This document shows positions 35,920 through 49,950 of a stretch of 64,000 bases of DNA, piece by piece. Position 1 is the first letter of the stretch; the number at the start of each line of letters is the position of its first letter. Source of the DNA: Eledone cirrhosa. Taxonomy: Eukaryota. The DNA lies in NCBI GenBank assembly GCA_964016885.1, contig OZ024740.1, positions 308,450,001-308,514,000 of the forward strand, written 5' to 3'. The translations under genes and the position numbers were made by a program. Below the pieces are notes generated by a model that saw only the letters and a program-made list of their open reading frames with translations, was not told the origin of the DNA and searched no databases.

Positions 35920-36990
35920 AGAGAATGAACACCAAAATCAGGAAACTTTTGACCTGTAATAGAATATATCACCCAAAAGTAGATGTGGATCACCTCTAAC
36001 CTCCTAGGCAAAATGGAGGTAGAGTAATGATCTAGCTACAGCTTTCATAGAGGATATTGACCAATAGACTCAATCAGTACCTTAAAACCACAGATGACTG
36101 GATCATGAAAATGGTCGCAGATCACGAAAGGAAGAAGAGGTTACATTCAGTCACAAAGGAAAGTAGGTTTGCAGGAGAACTGGGAATACAGTTTGAAAAT
36201 AATGGCAATTCTGCAATTAAAGCTGCAAAATATGAAGCTCAAAAGAGACTTACTAAATGGGAGCAAAATCCACTGCATGGACAGTTTGCTCCCCAAAGCA
36301 GAGAACCTGATGTAGATCAAGGTCTCACCCATCAGTGGCTACGAAGTTCTGGGCTAAAGACAGAGAGTGAGGGCTTCATTTTGATTGCACAAGACCAGTA
36401 TCTCCCAACATGCAACTTCCAAGCCAATGTGATCAGAAATGGAATTGACCAAAAGTGTTGATTCTGTAATGACCATGTTAAGAACATTGACCACCTGGTT
36501 TCAAGCTGCAAGGTGTTAGCTCCCTAAGAATATAAAATGAGGTATGATAAAGTGGGGCAATACTTACACTGGGTAGTGTGCAGGTTTTATGATCTGAAAA
36601 CGGAGGGAAAAGGGTACAACTATCACCTAGATTCAGTAACATGAGGCAAGAACACAACAATCCTCTGGGATTTCCCTGTGAATACTGACAGAACAATCAA
36701 AGCCAATAGACATGATCTAATTATGAAGGATCATAAAAAGAAAACATGTTTCTTAATTGATATGAGCATTCCATCAGATTGCAACATCTCCTCAAAAGAT
36801 TTTGGAAAGCTCAGTAAGTATAAAGATCTATCAATTGAAATTGAGAAAATGTGGCATCTTAATTCCTGTACAATACCTGTGATAGTGGGCAAACTTGGAA
36901 TGATAAAAAAAGGGTATTGAAAAATATTTGATCTAGATACCTGGAAGCATTTTCTACAAGAGAGAGCTGACTGGCACTGTCTATTAAAAA
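35920..36990 (+). pseudogene. R4/Dong-like non-LTR retrotransposon C-terminal remnant (zinc knuckle plus restriction-like endonuclease)
   Basis: HQWLRSSGLKTESEGFILIAQDQYLPT, decayed CxxC..H....C, TDRTIKANRHDL...CFLIDMSIP, KLSKYKDL.IEIEKMW...IPVIVGKLG. Multiple stops and frameshifts. Confidence 0.8.
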
Positions 36991-37502
36991 CCTTGCAAAG
37001 ACATTTACTGTTGTTTGTGCCCTTGTGGCATCATTTGTATGACAATTGATTGTAAAATGTGTGTATTGTCAAATTTTGCATCAGGAGCTGATTATTCAGA
37101 GTGATTGCCGGTCAAATATACTATACATACATTCATGTATACATCGCTATTTCAGAGCACCAATCATAATACCTAATTTTTGCTGGACCAGTAATCGCTC
37201 TGTATAATCAGCTCCTGATTATTACTGGAATTCTATAAGAATCCAGCTTCTATAATTTTTGGCGGAAGCAAGGGGTGTGTGGCTCTGATGATCACCAACC
37301 AATGTGAAACAGACTGTCACTTCTCTCCTTTCTTCCGCCGAAAAGAAGTAAGTGACATAGTCACTACTTTAAAACTGATAGTGTATGGTCTTCTAAATGT
37401 TTTTAATTAAACATACGGTATATTGCCAAATATACTATACATACATTCATGTATACATCGCTATTTCAGAGCGCCAATCATAATACCATATATATATATG
37501 AA

Positions 37503-37839
37503 GGCACATGGCTTAGTGGTTAGAGCATTGGCCTTGCAATCGAAAGGTTGTGAGTTCAATTCTCAGACTGGGTGATGTGTTGTTTCCTTGAGCAAGACAC
37601 TTTATTTCACATTGCTCCAGTTTACTCAGCTGTAGAAATGAGATGATAGGGACTGGGGTCCCTATCATTCCACTGCAAAGTGGTCGTGGAGATGCCACGG
37701 CAAAAAAGCACCCAGCACTCACTGTAAATGAGGTTGGTGTTAGGAAGGGCATCCAGCTGTAGAAATCAAGCCAGAATCGGTTCCCGTCCCACCCTTGCAA
37801 GCAGGGAAAAGTGGACGTAAAATGAAATGATGAAATGAT
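37503..37839 (+). mobile_element. tRNA-derived SINE with CORE-like middle and RTE-derived 3' tail
   Basis: A-box tggcttagtgg, B-box gagttcaattc, middle ccttgagcaagacacttt. The 3' ~150 bp matches the 3' UTR of the RTE at 1006-1270. A near-identical copy is at 8424-8758 (-). Confidence 0.85.
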
Positions 37840-37846
37840 ATATATA

Positions 37847-38722
37847 CAGGGTGCGGAGATATTTGTTCGCAATTTTCAACTGCTAATTTTATGCAATTTT
37901 TTTTTACTTCCATTGTCACTCTTGTCTTCATAAAAACAGTGACTATATTTCCATTATTTATTTTCAGAATAATTGATTATGAATAATTTTGAACCTCCAA
38001 ATTTGTGGAAGAGACACAGAGTTCTTGGAATCCGTGCCGGGAAGACAAATAAGACCAGAAGATCAACTCCCAGAACAACAGGTGGCTCGCTGTCTCATCC
38101 AAAGACGTGCCCAGAGTCATGCAGACAAAGTTTCCAGCGACAACATTGGTCTTAGGTGTCGTCAGCAGTCAAGGTGACGTCATGCCACCTCACTTCTTCC
38201 CTGAGGGCCTCAAGCTGAACACTGATGGCTTCATCCACGTTCTGAGCGAGGTAGTAAAGCCCTAGATCGACCAGGTAGCTGCAGGTAGGCCGTACGTGTG
38301 GCAGCAAGACTCAGCGCCCTGCCATACCAGCCGAAAGACCCAAGCCTCACTGTCAGAGAACTTCGTCGACCACACTTCACCTGACATCTGGCCTCCCAGC
38401 TCGCCTGACTGCAACCTCCTCGACTTCTTTGTGTGGGGCGCAGTGGAACGAGACACCAACAGATCTAGCTTCAATACGAAAGACGATCTGAAGGCCAGGA
38501 TCACAAGTGCCTTTAGGGGCCTAAGTGGGTGAGAGAGACGAAGGCCTGTAGCCAGTTCCGAGGCCGCCATCAAAGCCAATGGCGGGTTTATCAAGTGAGA
38601 TCGAAAGAACAAGTCATGAAGACAAACTGACCCAAGTTTGATAAATAAATCTTAAAAAATAAAACTACTGTGTTACTTTTTCCTAGACAGTAATCTTGCG
38701 AACAAATATCGTCTGCACCCTG
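37847..38722 (+). mobile_element. Internally deleted DD37D (maT-type) mariner-superfamily transposon
   Basis: TIRs cagggtgc(g/a)ga(c)gatatttgttcgcaa with TA flanks. Transposase remnant WQQDSAPCHTS...WPPSSPDCNLLDFFVWG has 37 residues between the 2nd and 3rd D (counted). Confidence 0.88.
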
Positions 38723-38727
38723 TATGT

Positions 38728-38809
<82 letters not shown>

Positions 38810-41800
38810 AAGAGTTTTGAGGCGATATACACACCCAGTATACTCTGTCAAATGGTAGAGCTGGTGCTATGATAAAATACATCCTGTATACCCTTGAAGA
38901 TGGTTGGCATTAGGAAGGGGATCCAGTTGTAGAAATCATGTTAAAAAAGGAACATATGAGCAAGACATGATCCCTCAAACTCACACTGTGACAATCTGTT
39001 CAACCCATGACAATATGGAAATTGGACATGAAATGGTGGTGATGAGGATGATAATGATGGTGGTGTGTGTATGTATTTATAGCTCCCTAACATTATCAAA
39101 ATGAGGATCCCCTCCACAGTACAGAATTCAAAGTCAATTAATATTGAAACCTCCTTGTCACCCCCCCCCCCCCCCAATTCAATCTATAAGCCTAATCCTT
39201 CACTGACCTAAATCTATCAGACAACATTCAATAACCATGGTTACCTCTGTTTAAGTAGTAGTGGTAGTAATGGTGGTTACCTGCATTATACAGCAAGTCC
39301 GACCTAAATCTGTATTATTGAACCTAAATGTTTGTTTGTACAGCTTTAAACCCCCTTAATTCCTAGATCTTGTTGTTCTCTGCAAATATGCTGAGTCATT
39401 TCATATACGACTAGTTGAATTTTTTTATCAGTAATAGTTATATGCCAAGTCATAGTTGTGTGGATAAAAAGTTCACTTTGTGATCATGTGTTTCTGGGTT
39501 CAACTCTACCTACTGTAGCTTAAAGTTAACAAATGAGAGTGAGATTTGGCAAATGGAAATTGTTTGGAAGCTTGTCATAATACATGTGTGTGTTTCTTTG
39601 TTTGTGAATGGATCTCTGGTTTGATTCCACTGCATGACATCTTGGGCATGTGCCATTTATTATTGCCTCAGGTTGACCCATGCCTTGTGAAATTGAATAG
39701 ATGGAAACTGTTTGGAAGCCCATCAGATAGATTGTACCTGTAATTAAAAAAAACCCTCCTTGTCACACACTGCATCACACTGAATTTCCCTGAGAGTACA
39801 TGTGTTTGTAGAAGGTTTAGCCACTTACAAGTTAATTTCATGGGCAGGCTATTCTGTTGATCAAACAACTGGAACACTCATTGTAAAACCCAATGAAGAT
39901 CCATTCCACAGATGTGTAAATCATTGTGTCAAATTGCATCCCTTAATGTGAAAAAAAGAACTTAGTCATTCGATAAATAGAGATCAATAAAATAAGTTCA
40001 ACGCTACAATAAGTATTGGGGTCAACATAATCAACTAAAAACCTTTAAGTCCAGTGCTCCAACATTGCTGCAGTCAATTTACCGAAACCAGTAAAATAAT
40101 ATATATAGAGAGAGAAATGTTTATAGTGTGAGAACATATTGATAAATTAATGGTTGAATGGTTTATAACAAACTAATTGATTTCACTTCAAACTCCACTG
40201 CCAATTAGTAATTTGTATTTCAGAAATTAATCAATGCAATTAGTTTAATTAGAACTACTTGTTAAAACTTAATATATTAATTTTTTTGTTTTGTTCTGCT
40301 TTGTTTTTTTAATAGAATATTAAAAATGTCTTATATCGGTGCAGAACTAGAGTTATAGAGAATGAGTGAAGTCCATTAGATTGGTCCCCAGTACTTTTAT
40401 GGCTCCAACCATCCAGCTGTAAAACCCATTAATAGAACAAATAACAATTTCATTTCTACTAGCATATTGTACAGGAACTGACCACAGGTGCAAGAAAAAA
40501 GATTTATTTTTTGCCCCACTGAGTGGGTAAAATTATTTTGATTAAATTTTTTGTTTCAGAGTCTCCAAAAATATAGTGCTTCAGTAAGTGGAAAAGTGGA
40601 AGTGAAATTAGTCCACCACCCCACCAACATCAACACTGTTGGGTGGATGTGGAGGCATGATGATGACAATGACGTCACCAGTTCTACCACCACTACTACC
40701 ATCACCAGTAACTCCAGCCTTGTTGCTAACTTTCTTGTAGATCAGAATAGAAACATGTTAGCACACTCACTAACACCAGTAGCATCAACACCAAAACTAA
40801 TACTACCACCACCATTACCACTACCATAAAGAGAGCTACTATCACAAACAGCACCAGTACTATCACAATCACATTCACTATTGCCATGAGCAGCAGAAAA
40901 TATACCAATACTAAAACCACTGCAAAAGTTAGCTCTTTTGTCATAACTGCAAATAGCTGGGATCAACAACATGGAAGAGAAAAAGATAGCAGAAAAGCTG
41001 TCATGATTGATATCAGAAGAAGGGGCTATCATAACACTCTATTCCCGCTCAAAATCATGAACCTCAGTGAGGAAATCAGAGGATGGGGTTTGTTGGCTCA
41101 AAGAAATTAAGGATAGACATAATAGATCAATCCAACCTCAGGATCCTAAAGTTGAGATAAATGTGTTAAGAGAAGAGCCAAAAATCAGTTACCTATCACA
41201 CCAACAAAAACATGGAATTAACTGCAATATCCATAGCATCACCTGCCCAAAATATTGTCTATTTTTTGCATGAACAACTCTATAGTAATTTCATTTTGGT
41301 TTGCGTTCTCAGTTATTGTGTGTGGTGCCTTTGTTTCGTTCCTTTCTTTCTTTTGTGGATGGGGGTCTTATATATTTTGGAAAAGGTAGGTTCTGTTGTG
41401 TTGTTTTCCTTCATTTGTATCTCATTGTTTTGTGGATTAAATATTTTGTTATATTTTCAATGTTTTTTCTGTCTCTAAGTTTGTCTATTTCGATTTTGGA
41501 ACCATTGTGTGTTTGCTAGTGTTCCTCCATAGTTCATATATCTCTTTTATGATGCTTATGTATTTTGGATAAAGAGTTACTGTGTAGAATGCATATAACA
41601 CTTCATAATCATCATCATCATCATCATCATCCATTTTTCCACATTTGCATGGGCTGGACAGGTCCTTCTCAGAACGGCATCTCTTCACTCGTCACTTTCC
41701 TTTGTCATCTCCTTTGTGAGTCTTAGTGATTTGAGTTCAGCTCTCATAACCTCTGCCCAGATCTTTCTGGGTCTACCTCTACTGCGGCTTCCTTCCACTG

Positions 41801-43289
41801 GCATTTCTTTCAATATAACAATCAATTATCTAGTCTTCTCTTTTGAGTGTTGACATTATATTATGGGCTTCTCTGAATTCATCATCATTATCATCATCAT
41901 CGTTTTATATCCGCCTTTCCCTGCTTGCAAAGGTGAATTAGTCCTCTTCAGCACATCCTCTCTCCATTTGTCATGGTCCTTCAGTGATCTCCTCTTTGAG
42001 CTTTAGCGATCTGAGGTCAGCTCTCACCTCCTCCACCCATGTTTTCCGTGGTCTACCTCTACTGTGTCTTCCTTCCACTGGGATATCTTGATTGCATGAC
42101 AGTCACACTATGAAATGTTTTGTTGATAGATTTATCTATGGACATAGAAAGAAGAAAGAAAAAAATCAGCTATTGTAAAACATATTTTAAGATTATTCAT
42201 TCTGTTTTATTTTATTTCTGCTTAGAAGTTTGTTTTGCTTTACCAGTGTCACATGTTTTTTATGAGTATATGATGTTTTATAAACATTAAAATGTATATA
42301 TAATATTCTACATACTTGCTGTGTTCTATTTATATTTAGTGATTCACTTTGAAATTCCTCTTGCTGATTTCATTTTTCACATGTGCTGCATGTTGTCTCA
42401 TTGAGGTATCATATGTGAGAGACATATGCCTTATATAGAATAATCTCTCAGTTTTCTGTGTTGATTTCCATTTTAAATGTCTTTTCTTTCATTTCTTTGC
42501 TAAATTTTATTTTCACTTTAGCATTGTTATTGGATTTCACTTTGGCATTGGATTTCACCTTGGCATTATTATTGGGTGTCATATAGAACTATTAGTGTAC
42601 TATTTGCCAATCATTTCATGTTGATTATGCTTGTGGTTGAGTTGATAAAATAACAAAGTATGCCAAATTATAGGTTAATCAAATAATATTTAGAGGTTGC
42701 ATATTTTCACATCTTTTTATTTATGATGATTTTTTGGATTTGGCTTGTAGTATAGTGTCCTTTCTGTTGATTTTACTGAATCCAATGTGGAAACCACATG
42801 ATAGAATGAAATGGAATACTCTATAATATTGGGGTTAAAGAGAGAAACACTTTTTATTTATGAAATTTATAACCGGAAACGGCCCCCTTTGTCCTCTGGG
42901 ACATTTATTTCCATTGCTTCGCAACAATTTTTAGAAAGAACTGTTTCTGATTTTCATCCATCATAAAATCATTAAACCTCTTTATGAGATAAATACCTCC
43001 TTCAGCAATGTCATTCACAATTTTCAGACATCAACTGATGCTTTGATATTGTCAGAGCAAGATCCAAATTGTTTGGGAAAATGTCGAGCAGATGGAAAAA
43101 GATATTTGTTTTCTTCGTAACAAGGTTACTCAGTTCTTTGTTGCCAAAAGTCATTCCTTTTCCTTCAACCTTCTTTTTTCTTCTTTTGTTAGATTTTGGA
43201 ACATTTTTTTCTTTTCATCCAGTCCAAGTCTTTCGTCAAAGAAAGTCAACGCTACTAACTCTTCTGGTCTTTGAGAAATCATGAGAGTA

Positions 43290-44325
43290 CTGCCAAGAGG
43301 TGTATTCTTGTTTTGTAGACTTCAAAAAGGCATATGACCGTGTTACATGAGACCTTCTATGGAAGGTTCTGCAGGAGTATGGGATTGATGGTCAGCTTCT
43401 TGTTGCCTTGAGGTCTCTATTCAAATGCTCAAGTAATTGTGTTCGGATAAATGGTGCTAAATCAAAACCATTCAATGTGGGAGTCAAACTATGCCAAGGG
43501 TGTACTGTCACCTCTCCTGTTCATTATTTTCATGAACAGGATTGACATGTGAAGCCAGGCTGGGAATGGTATCATGACTGGCAGGTGTAAAATCAGTCGG
43601 CTGGAATTTACAGATGACATGGTGTTACTTAACTCGACAGGGCGGTGGATTAGCAGTATCGGTAGAGGGTTGGACGCCATGCTTTGACGTATAGAGTTAC
43701 AGCCCTTGCCATTCTGAGTTCAAATCCCGCCGAGGTTAACTTTGCCTTTCATCCTTACAGGGGTCGATAAAATAAAGTACCAGTAATACACTGGGTAATT
43801 GTTGGCCTTGTGCCAAAAGTAGAAACAGTTATTTAACTCGACAGAAGGTGATCTCTGACTTGCACTTGATAGGTTGATAACAGTGCTGCATGGCTGGAAT
43901 GAATAACAGTGCTGCAAAAACTGAGACATTCATCCTCTCAAGGAAGCCTGTGCAGAGCATGCTACAAGTGAATGGAGTTTCACTGAAGCAGGTGAAGAAG
44001 TTCAGGTATCTTGGGGCTGTGTTCACAAGTGATGGAAGGCAGGAGGTTGAATTAAGTACAAAAATTGCAGGAGCTGGTGCAATAATGTGCAGAGAAATCA
44101 CAGCTCTGATACTATGGGTATGGGGTTAGAATGTCTCAGGAAAGAATCGCTGGACAGATTTTATGGGCAAACCAGCAGGAGACCCAGAAGTAGACCCCGA
44201 GCAAGATGGTTGGATAACATCCATGAGCTTGGCTGGTCTCGTTTGGGGATCCAGCCGGATCAGTTGGAGACGGTTGCTTCTGACAGGACCTGTTGGAAGG
44301 AGTGTTTGAGGACCCTGTCCCCATG
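43290..44325 (+). mobile_element. Decayed RTE-clade LINE remnant (second family)
   Basis: CFVDFKKAYD, QGVLSPLLF, EFTDD, FRYLG, RPRARWLD traces. Homologous to 58930-60520 (-) and 18957-19150 (-). Confidence 0.75.
43641..43832 (+). mobile_element. SINE (same family) nested in a decayed RTE, 12-bp TSD
   Basis: TSD ttaactcgacag at 43629-43640 and 43833-43844. Confidence 0.88.
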
Positions 44326-47300
44326 ACCCTCTCAGAAATAATAAGAGGAAAAAGAGGATAGTTGTATTTATTCCTACCATATTTTTGTTAATAACATCTA
44401 TTAACTCTCTTCCAGGGCCTACTTGGAACTGTAATTTGTCCCCATGAGAGATGAAGTGGTGGGGGAGAGAAACAGTCTTTTTATGCCAGAGTATGAAGAT
44501 ATTGCAAGTGAGAGGTGCCAACTGTGTCAACTTGCCAACAGAAATGTCTGTTGTAAGTAAACAGAGCAGGGAGAATTACAATTGATATAATGCTCCTCCT
44601 TGAAGTCAGTGTCAAAATGATGAAATGAATTTGGAGAAATGGAGGGTGTGGCTGGGAATCAGAGTGTCAGAGTGTTGTTTACATGGGAAAATGGAGAGAA
44701 CATTCAGTGATTAGCTCAGCTCAGTGTTCAAACATAGTAACATGGGCTAATGAAGAACATTCTTAGAAAACTGGAGCAGTTTTTTTAAAATATTTATATG
44801 AAATCAGTCTCACAGTATTAGAGTAAGAAACCACTCTTCACATACAAAGATAGGTCTTGGAATTTGAAGGTATCATTTCAAAATCTTAGATCAGTCTTAG
44901 ACTATTAGAACAGATTCTGAAAATAAGGATTGGTTTCAGAATTAAAGATAAATCTAAAATAGCAGAATTTTATTTATTTGTTTTTATTGCTTAGACAAGA
45001 GAAAAAAGGACAGTGCTCATGACTATTTTCAGGGCCCTCCAAAATAGGTGAGATCAATCCCCAGAACTGGAGACCGAGCTCAGATGCTTGCCACAGAGAG
45101 GTCTCTGTTAAAAGAACTCAAGGGCAAGGTGGTGGGGATAAACCAGGTCTACAACCCAAATAGGCAGCAGTGGAGTTTGAACACAGAATGCAAAACAACC
45201 TTAACAAATACCACAAAGCATTTGATCTAATGCTTTAAGGACTCCATTAATCCCCTGTCTTAGACTGGCAAAGTTTAAAGGAAAACTTGGCCTCAGCAGA
45301 TTTGAACTCAGAATACAAGGAACTGAAATAAATACTTCTAAGCATTTCATTTGATTGTCTTACACTTCTTCCAATTTTCCACCTAGGATATTAGAATAAA
45401 TTTAGAATATTGATTTTGCAGACCACTAGCAATATGGCTGAATATATAAGACTACCAAGAGTTCAAATCTACAGCTAGTGTTGTGTTATTGTTGTTGTTG
45501 TGTAACTTTAGGCCAGCTGTACAGACATATGGCATGTAGGTAATCAGACGAACAACTAGGTGCAACTCACAGATCTACTCTTTCAGAAATGTCATCTATC
45601 TGACAATAGTACCTAATAATTTGTTGTTTTTCTTTGGAGAACACTTGCTTCTCAGTTCATGTAGTTTCAGAGGATAGATAAGTTATTTGTGAGAGACAAA
45701 ATCCTAACCAAGAAGATTTATCACTTTCACCTGCCTAATGCCATGCAATTAGGTCTAACAAGCCATTGATTGAATCTACTATATCATCATTTGAGTCAAG
45801 GATAATATAGTAGATTGCTGGTTAACAATATTCCAGTTGCAACCATCGTAAAATTTTACCAGATACAGTGCTCTCTAGATAACATTATTGGATTGGCAGT
45901 ATTGGTAGAGGGTCGGACGCTATGCTTTGCAGCAAAGAGTTACGGCCCTTTATGATCTGAGTTCAAATCCCACTGAGGTTAACTTTGCCTTTCATCCTCA
46001 CAGGGTTGATAAAATAAAGTACCAGTAATGCACTGGGTAATTGCTGGACTTGTGCCAAAAGTAGAAACAATTATTAAATGTGTTCTTTTCTAAGACAATT
46101 TAGTGTAATTTGAGAAAAGATTTGACTTATTTTTATTTGAGTGAGTGACCACAAGACTACAGACATGCTGTTTCTTTTCACTATTTCATATTACTACTAC
46201 AATAGTTCTTGCTACATTGAAGTAGCTGACTTCATACTTCTTCCACCTAGGCCCACTTGACACACTTGTCTCTCTTCTTCTTATCACGCACTACTGTTCC
46301 TTAGTCACAGATCCTGCATGAACCACTTAACTTAATTATTCTACCTTGGATATGCAATCCCCAGGAATTCCATCCCAGCCTAAACTTTTCCTGCAAACAC
46401 CACCCAACAGATGTTTAAACTAAGCATCACCCACATGAATTTCTGTTGGGGAAGACATGCAAAAGCCACGAACACTGTCTAATGAACATTATCGGACGCC
46501 ATGCTTTGCAGCATAGAGTTACCTCCCTTTAGGATCTGAGTTCAAATCCCGCCGAGGTTAACTTTGCCTTTCATCCTTACAAGATCGATAAAATAAAGTA
46601 CCAGTAATACACTGGGATAATTGCTGGCCTTGTGCCAAAAAGTAGAAACAATTATATTTATTTATCATAAATACATATAAAATGCAATAGTAAAGATATT
46701 ACAATGGCATAACTTTTCTGCTGCACAGACACATTTCCATATGTAAACAAATGTTGTGCATGAATCTTGAATTTATTGAACTTACAAAGTACTGAGGAAA
46801 CAAATTTATAAGATGAAGGATGTTCAAGTGCAGAAAATAACTACAACTAGAATCAGTTGCTATAAAATAGCTTATAAAAATCAAGTAAAAACCCTTAGAG
46901 ATGGCAAATTGTTGCCAGTGGCAAACTCCATATAGAGTTTGATTCTTTGTAGTGGCTGCTGGCAATATTTTCCCCATTTCCAAAGGTTTTTACTTAGAGT
47001 TCGATTCTTCGTAGTAGCCACTGACAACATTTTTCTATTTCTAAAGGTCTTTACCCATTTTTTAAAAGCTATTTTATAGCAATTGACTGTAATTGTAATT
47101 ATTTTCTGTGTATGAGCATCCTACATCTTATAAACATGTCCATATACTTCGATTATGGAAAGCAAAATTCAACTGTGTGGTAACTCTTCATGAATGTTGA
47201 TACCAACTAGATTAACTGAGGTAATGTAGCCCAAGAAACACAAGGAAATGCTTGCTTTGGATTTAAACACAGAATTATGATTTCACTTTGATAAATCTCT

Positions 47301-48625
47301 GGTAAATTATGTCTTTGTAACTCCTTATCTCTGTCACTCATTTTTTTTTTAATTTACTTTTTTTCTATTTAACTAAGCCACCTATAAACTTCTCAGTTTG
47401 TGACTGATAGCAGTTGAAGCTATCAATAAAAACTTCAACCAGAGCTGAAAAATAAACAAAATTAAACTTGTTAACTTCAAAAGAAATTTAAAACTGTTTT
47501 TGTTGTCAAACTATTTTTAGATTAAATTTATATTACCAAATGAAAACAAAAAGATTAAGGAAAATACAAAGTGACATTGAAAATAATGTCTTTCACATCT
47601 GATTTTTAAGACTTGTGTGGTAAATAATCTTCTGACCAAACATGTTTATTTGTTGGTAATCAAAAGTAATTTTTTACAATACATTTGGTTGTAATTTATA
47701 TATTTTTCTTATCTCGTTCAAGCTGTAAATTTTAGAGAAGACGAAAGAGCTCTCTAGTTTCAGGAGATAATTTCAATGTGTAACAAGATCTTTTATATCT
47801 AAAAAATGGAAATACAGCCAGAGAAAATATGTGGCTGTATATATATAGTAGGAAATAATTTTTTTCAAATAGAAGGAAAGAATTTAATTTATTTAAGCTT
47901 TCACAGAAAAACAAGAACATTATAAAATTGAAAAATAAATGAAATAAGATTTTTTCCTCTTTTTGTTGTTTTTGTCTCTATCTCTAAAATATTTTTTTAT
48001 ATTACATTAATATTTTAACATTTTATTCAGTAATATTTACAATAAAAAATGATATTATTTAAATGAAACAAAAAAAGAAGAAAGAAGCAATGAAAGGGAG
48101 AGGAAGAAGGAGAGACAGACTATACACCCAACAGACAAAATGGTGAAGGCATTGCCATGGAGAATGGCCAGCAACACCCACTATTTGGGTTATAATACCA
48201 CAATCCTTTAAATTGAAATATGTTAAATTCTTTGACATAGTCCCTAAAGATTTCAATGGAATTTGTCAAAGCTTGACTAAGTTTGACAACTATGAGGTAT
48301 TTTTTCAACCTTTTGACATTTTGCTTTCATTTTTGCATTTATTTAATAAATTTAATGTTTACTAACCAATAATAAGAACAATATTCAGCTTGAACATCTA
48401 AATAGTAGAAATTCTGATTCTTCCAATACAAATAATTTTTTGTTTATATTTTCATGTACATTTATTTTACTTTATTTGAGATAAATTTTACATTTATTTT
48501 CCCAAACCACCATGGATTAATTTTTTTGGAGGTGGTGGTGGTGGAGATGTCTGAATATTTATTTTTGATGTTACTAAACTACTAACCTCTCAGCAATGAA
48601 GTAGGGTTTGATATATATATATATA

Positions 48626-49950
48626 ATCATCATCATCATCCTCATTTCTGTTTAACGTCAATTTTTCCACACTTGCATGGGTCAGACGGGTCGTCCTTGC
48701 CGGGAGGCAAGTCGGGCCAGCATTGGCCATGTGTCGCACCTTGCTCTGGTTGCGACTGTATATTTGGCTGGGTATTTTACAGCTGAATACCCTTCCTAAC
48801 ACCAACCACGTTTACAGTGTGGATAGGATGGCTCCATTATGAAGAAGGACAAGCTAGTTGGCCGCGCCGAACCTGTCTCAATGGAACCATATTTTCGGAG
48901 CCCAACCCATCACACAGTGGAACCATAGTTTTGGAGCCCGGTACTGGATGGCATCAATACAAGGTGCCTAGACACACCTTACGGTGTAGCCACATTTTGG
49001 GGGCCTGGTACTGGGTGGTACTGCTATGAGAAGGGGTGGCCATTCGGACTCGCGAAACCCATCACACAGCAAACCCTCAGTTCAGGTATTGGATGCCACG
49101 TAACTCCACTATGAGGAGGGACAGGCCCGTTGGCTGCACCGAACCCATCTCACAGCAGAGCCCAGCCCTGTTGACACCACTATGAGAAGGGACAGGCCAG
49201 TTAGCCATGTCGAACCCCTATCACAGCGGCATACCAAGACAGACACTTCTTTTGGAGGGGCTCTGACGTTGGGCAGCACCTCTATGTAAAGAGGCAAGTT
49301 GGGACCCAGTATCAGATGGCATCTCCATGAGGAGGGACAGGCCAACTGGCCACGCTGTACCCATCTCACAGCGTAACCATAGCTTAGGAGCCCAACACTG
49401 GATGGCGCCACTATGTGGGGGGGGGGATAGGCCAATTTGGCCATGCCAAACCCCTCCCACAGTGGAATTCCAGTTTCGGGGCTGGGTACTCTCCATACAA
49501 CGAACCCTTCTCAGTACAAAACCACCAGTTGGAGCCTAACCCATCTCAAAGCATAGCCATAGTTTTGTGGCCCAGCTTTGGATGGCACAGCCATAATGAG
49601 GAACAGGCCAGTTGGCCCCACCGAACCCATCTCACAGTGTAACCATAGTTTAGGGACCCAGTTCTGGATGACACTGCTCTCAGGAAGGATAGGTGCAGAA
49701 CCACAGTATGGGAGCCTGGCTCACAGCAGGAACACAGTTTTGGGGGCCCAGCATTGGGTGACACCACCATAAGATGGGATGGGATAGGCAGATTTGGTCT
49801 TGTCGAACCCCTCCCACAGCAGTACACCAGTTTCGGAGCAGGGCCCTCTCCATGCAACAAACCATTCTCAACACAAAACCACATCTTCGGAGCCTCGGAC
49901 TGGATGGCACAACTATGAGGAGGGACAGGCCAGTCGGCCATACTGAATCC
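48626..49950 (-). repeat. RTE-type 3' tail (48626-48820) fused to a degenerate ~85-bp GC-rich tandem repeat with ~357-bp higher-order period
   Basis: Recurring gaacccatctcacag...ctggatggcaccactatgaggagggacaggccag. 49424-49512 is repeated at 49781-49870. Confidence 0.75.

Noticed and set aside
37503-37575. tRNA gene
   Set aside because: It has A and B boxes but no intact cloverleaf, and it continues into SINE body and LINE tail. It is a SINE head.
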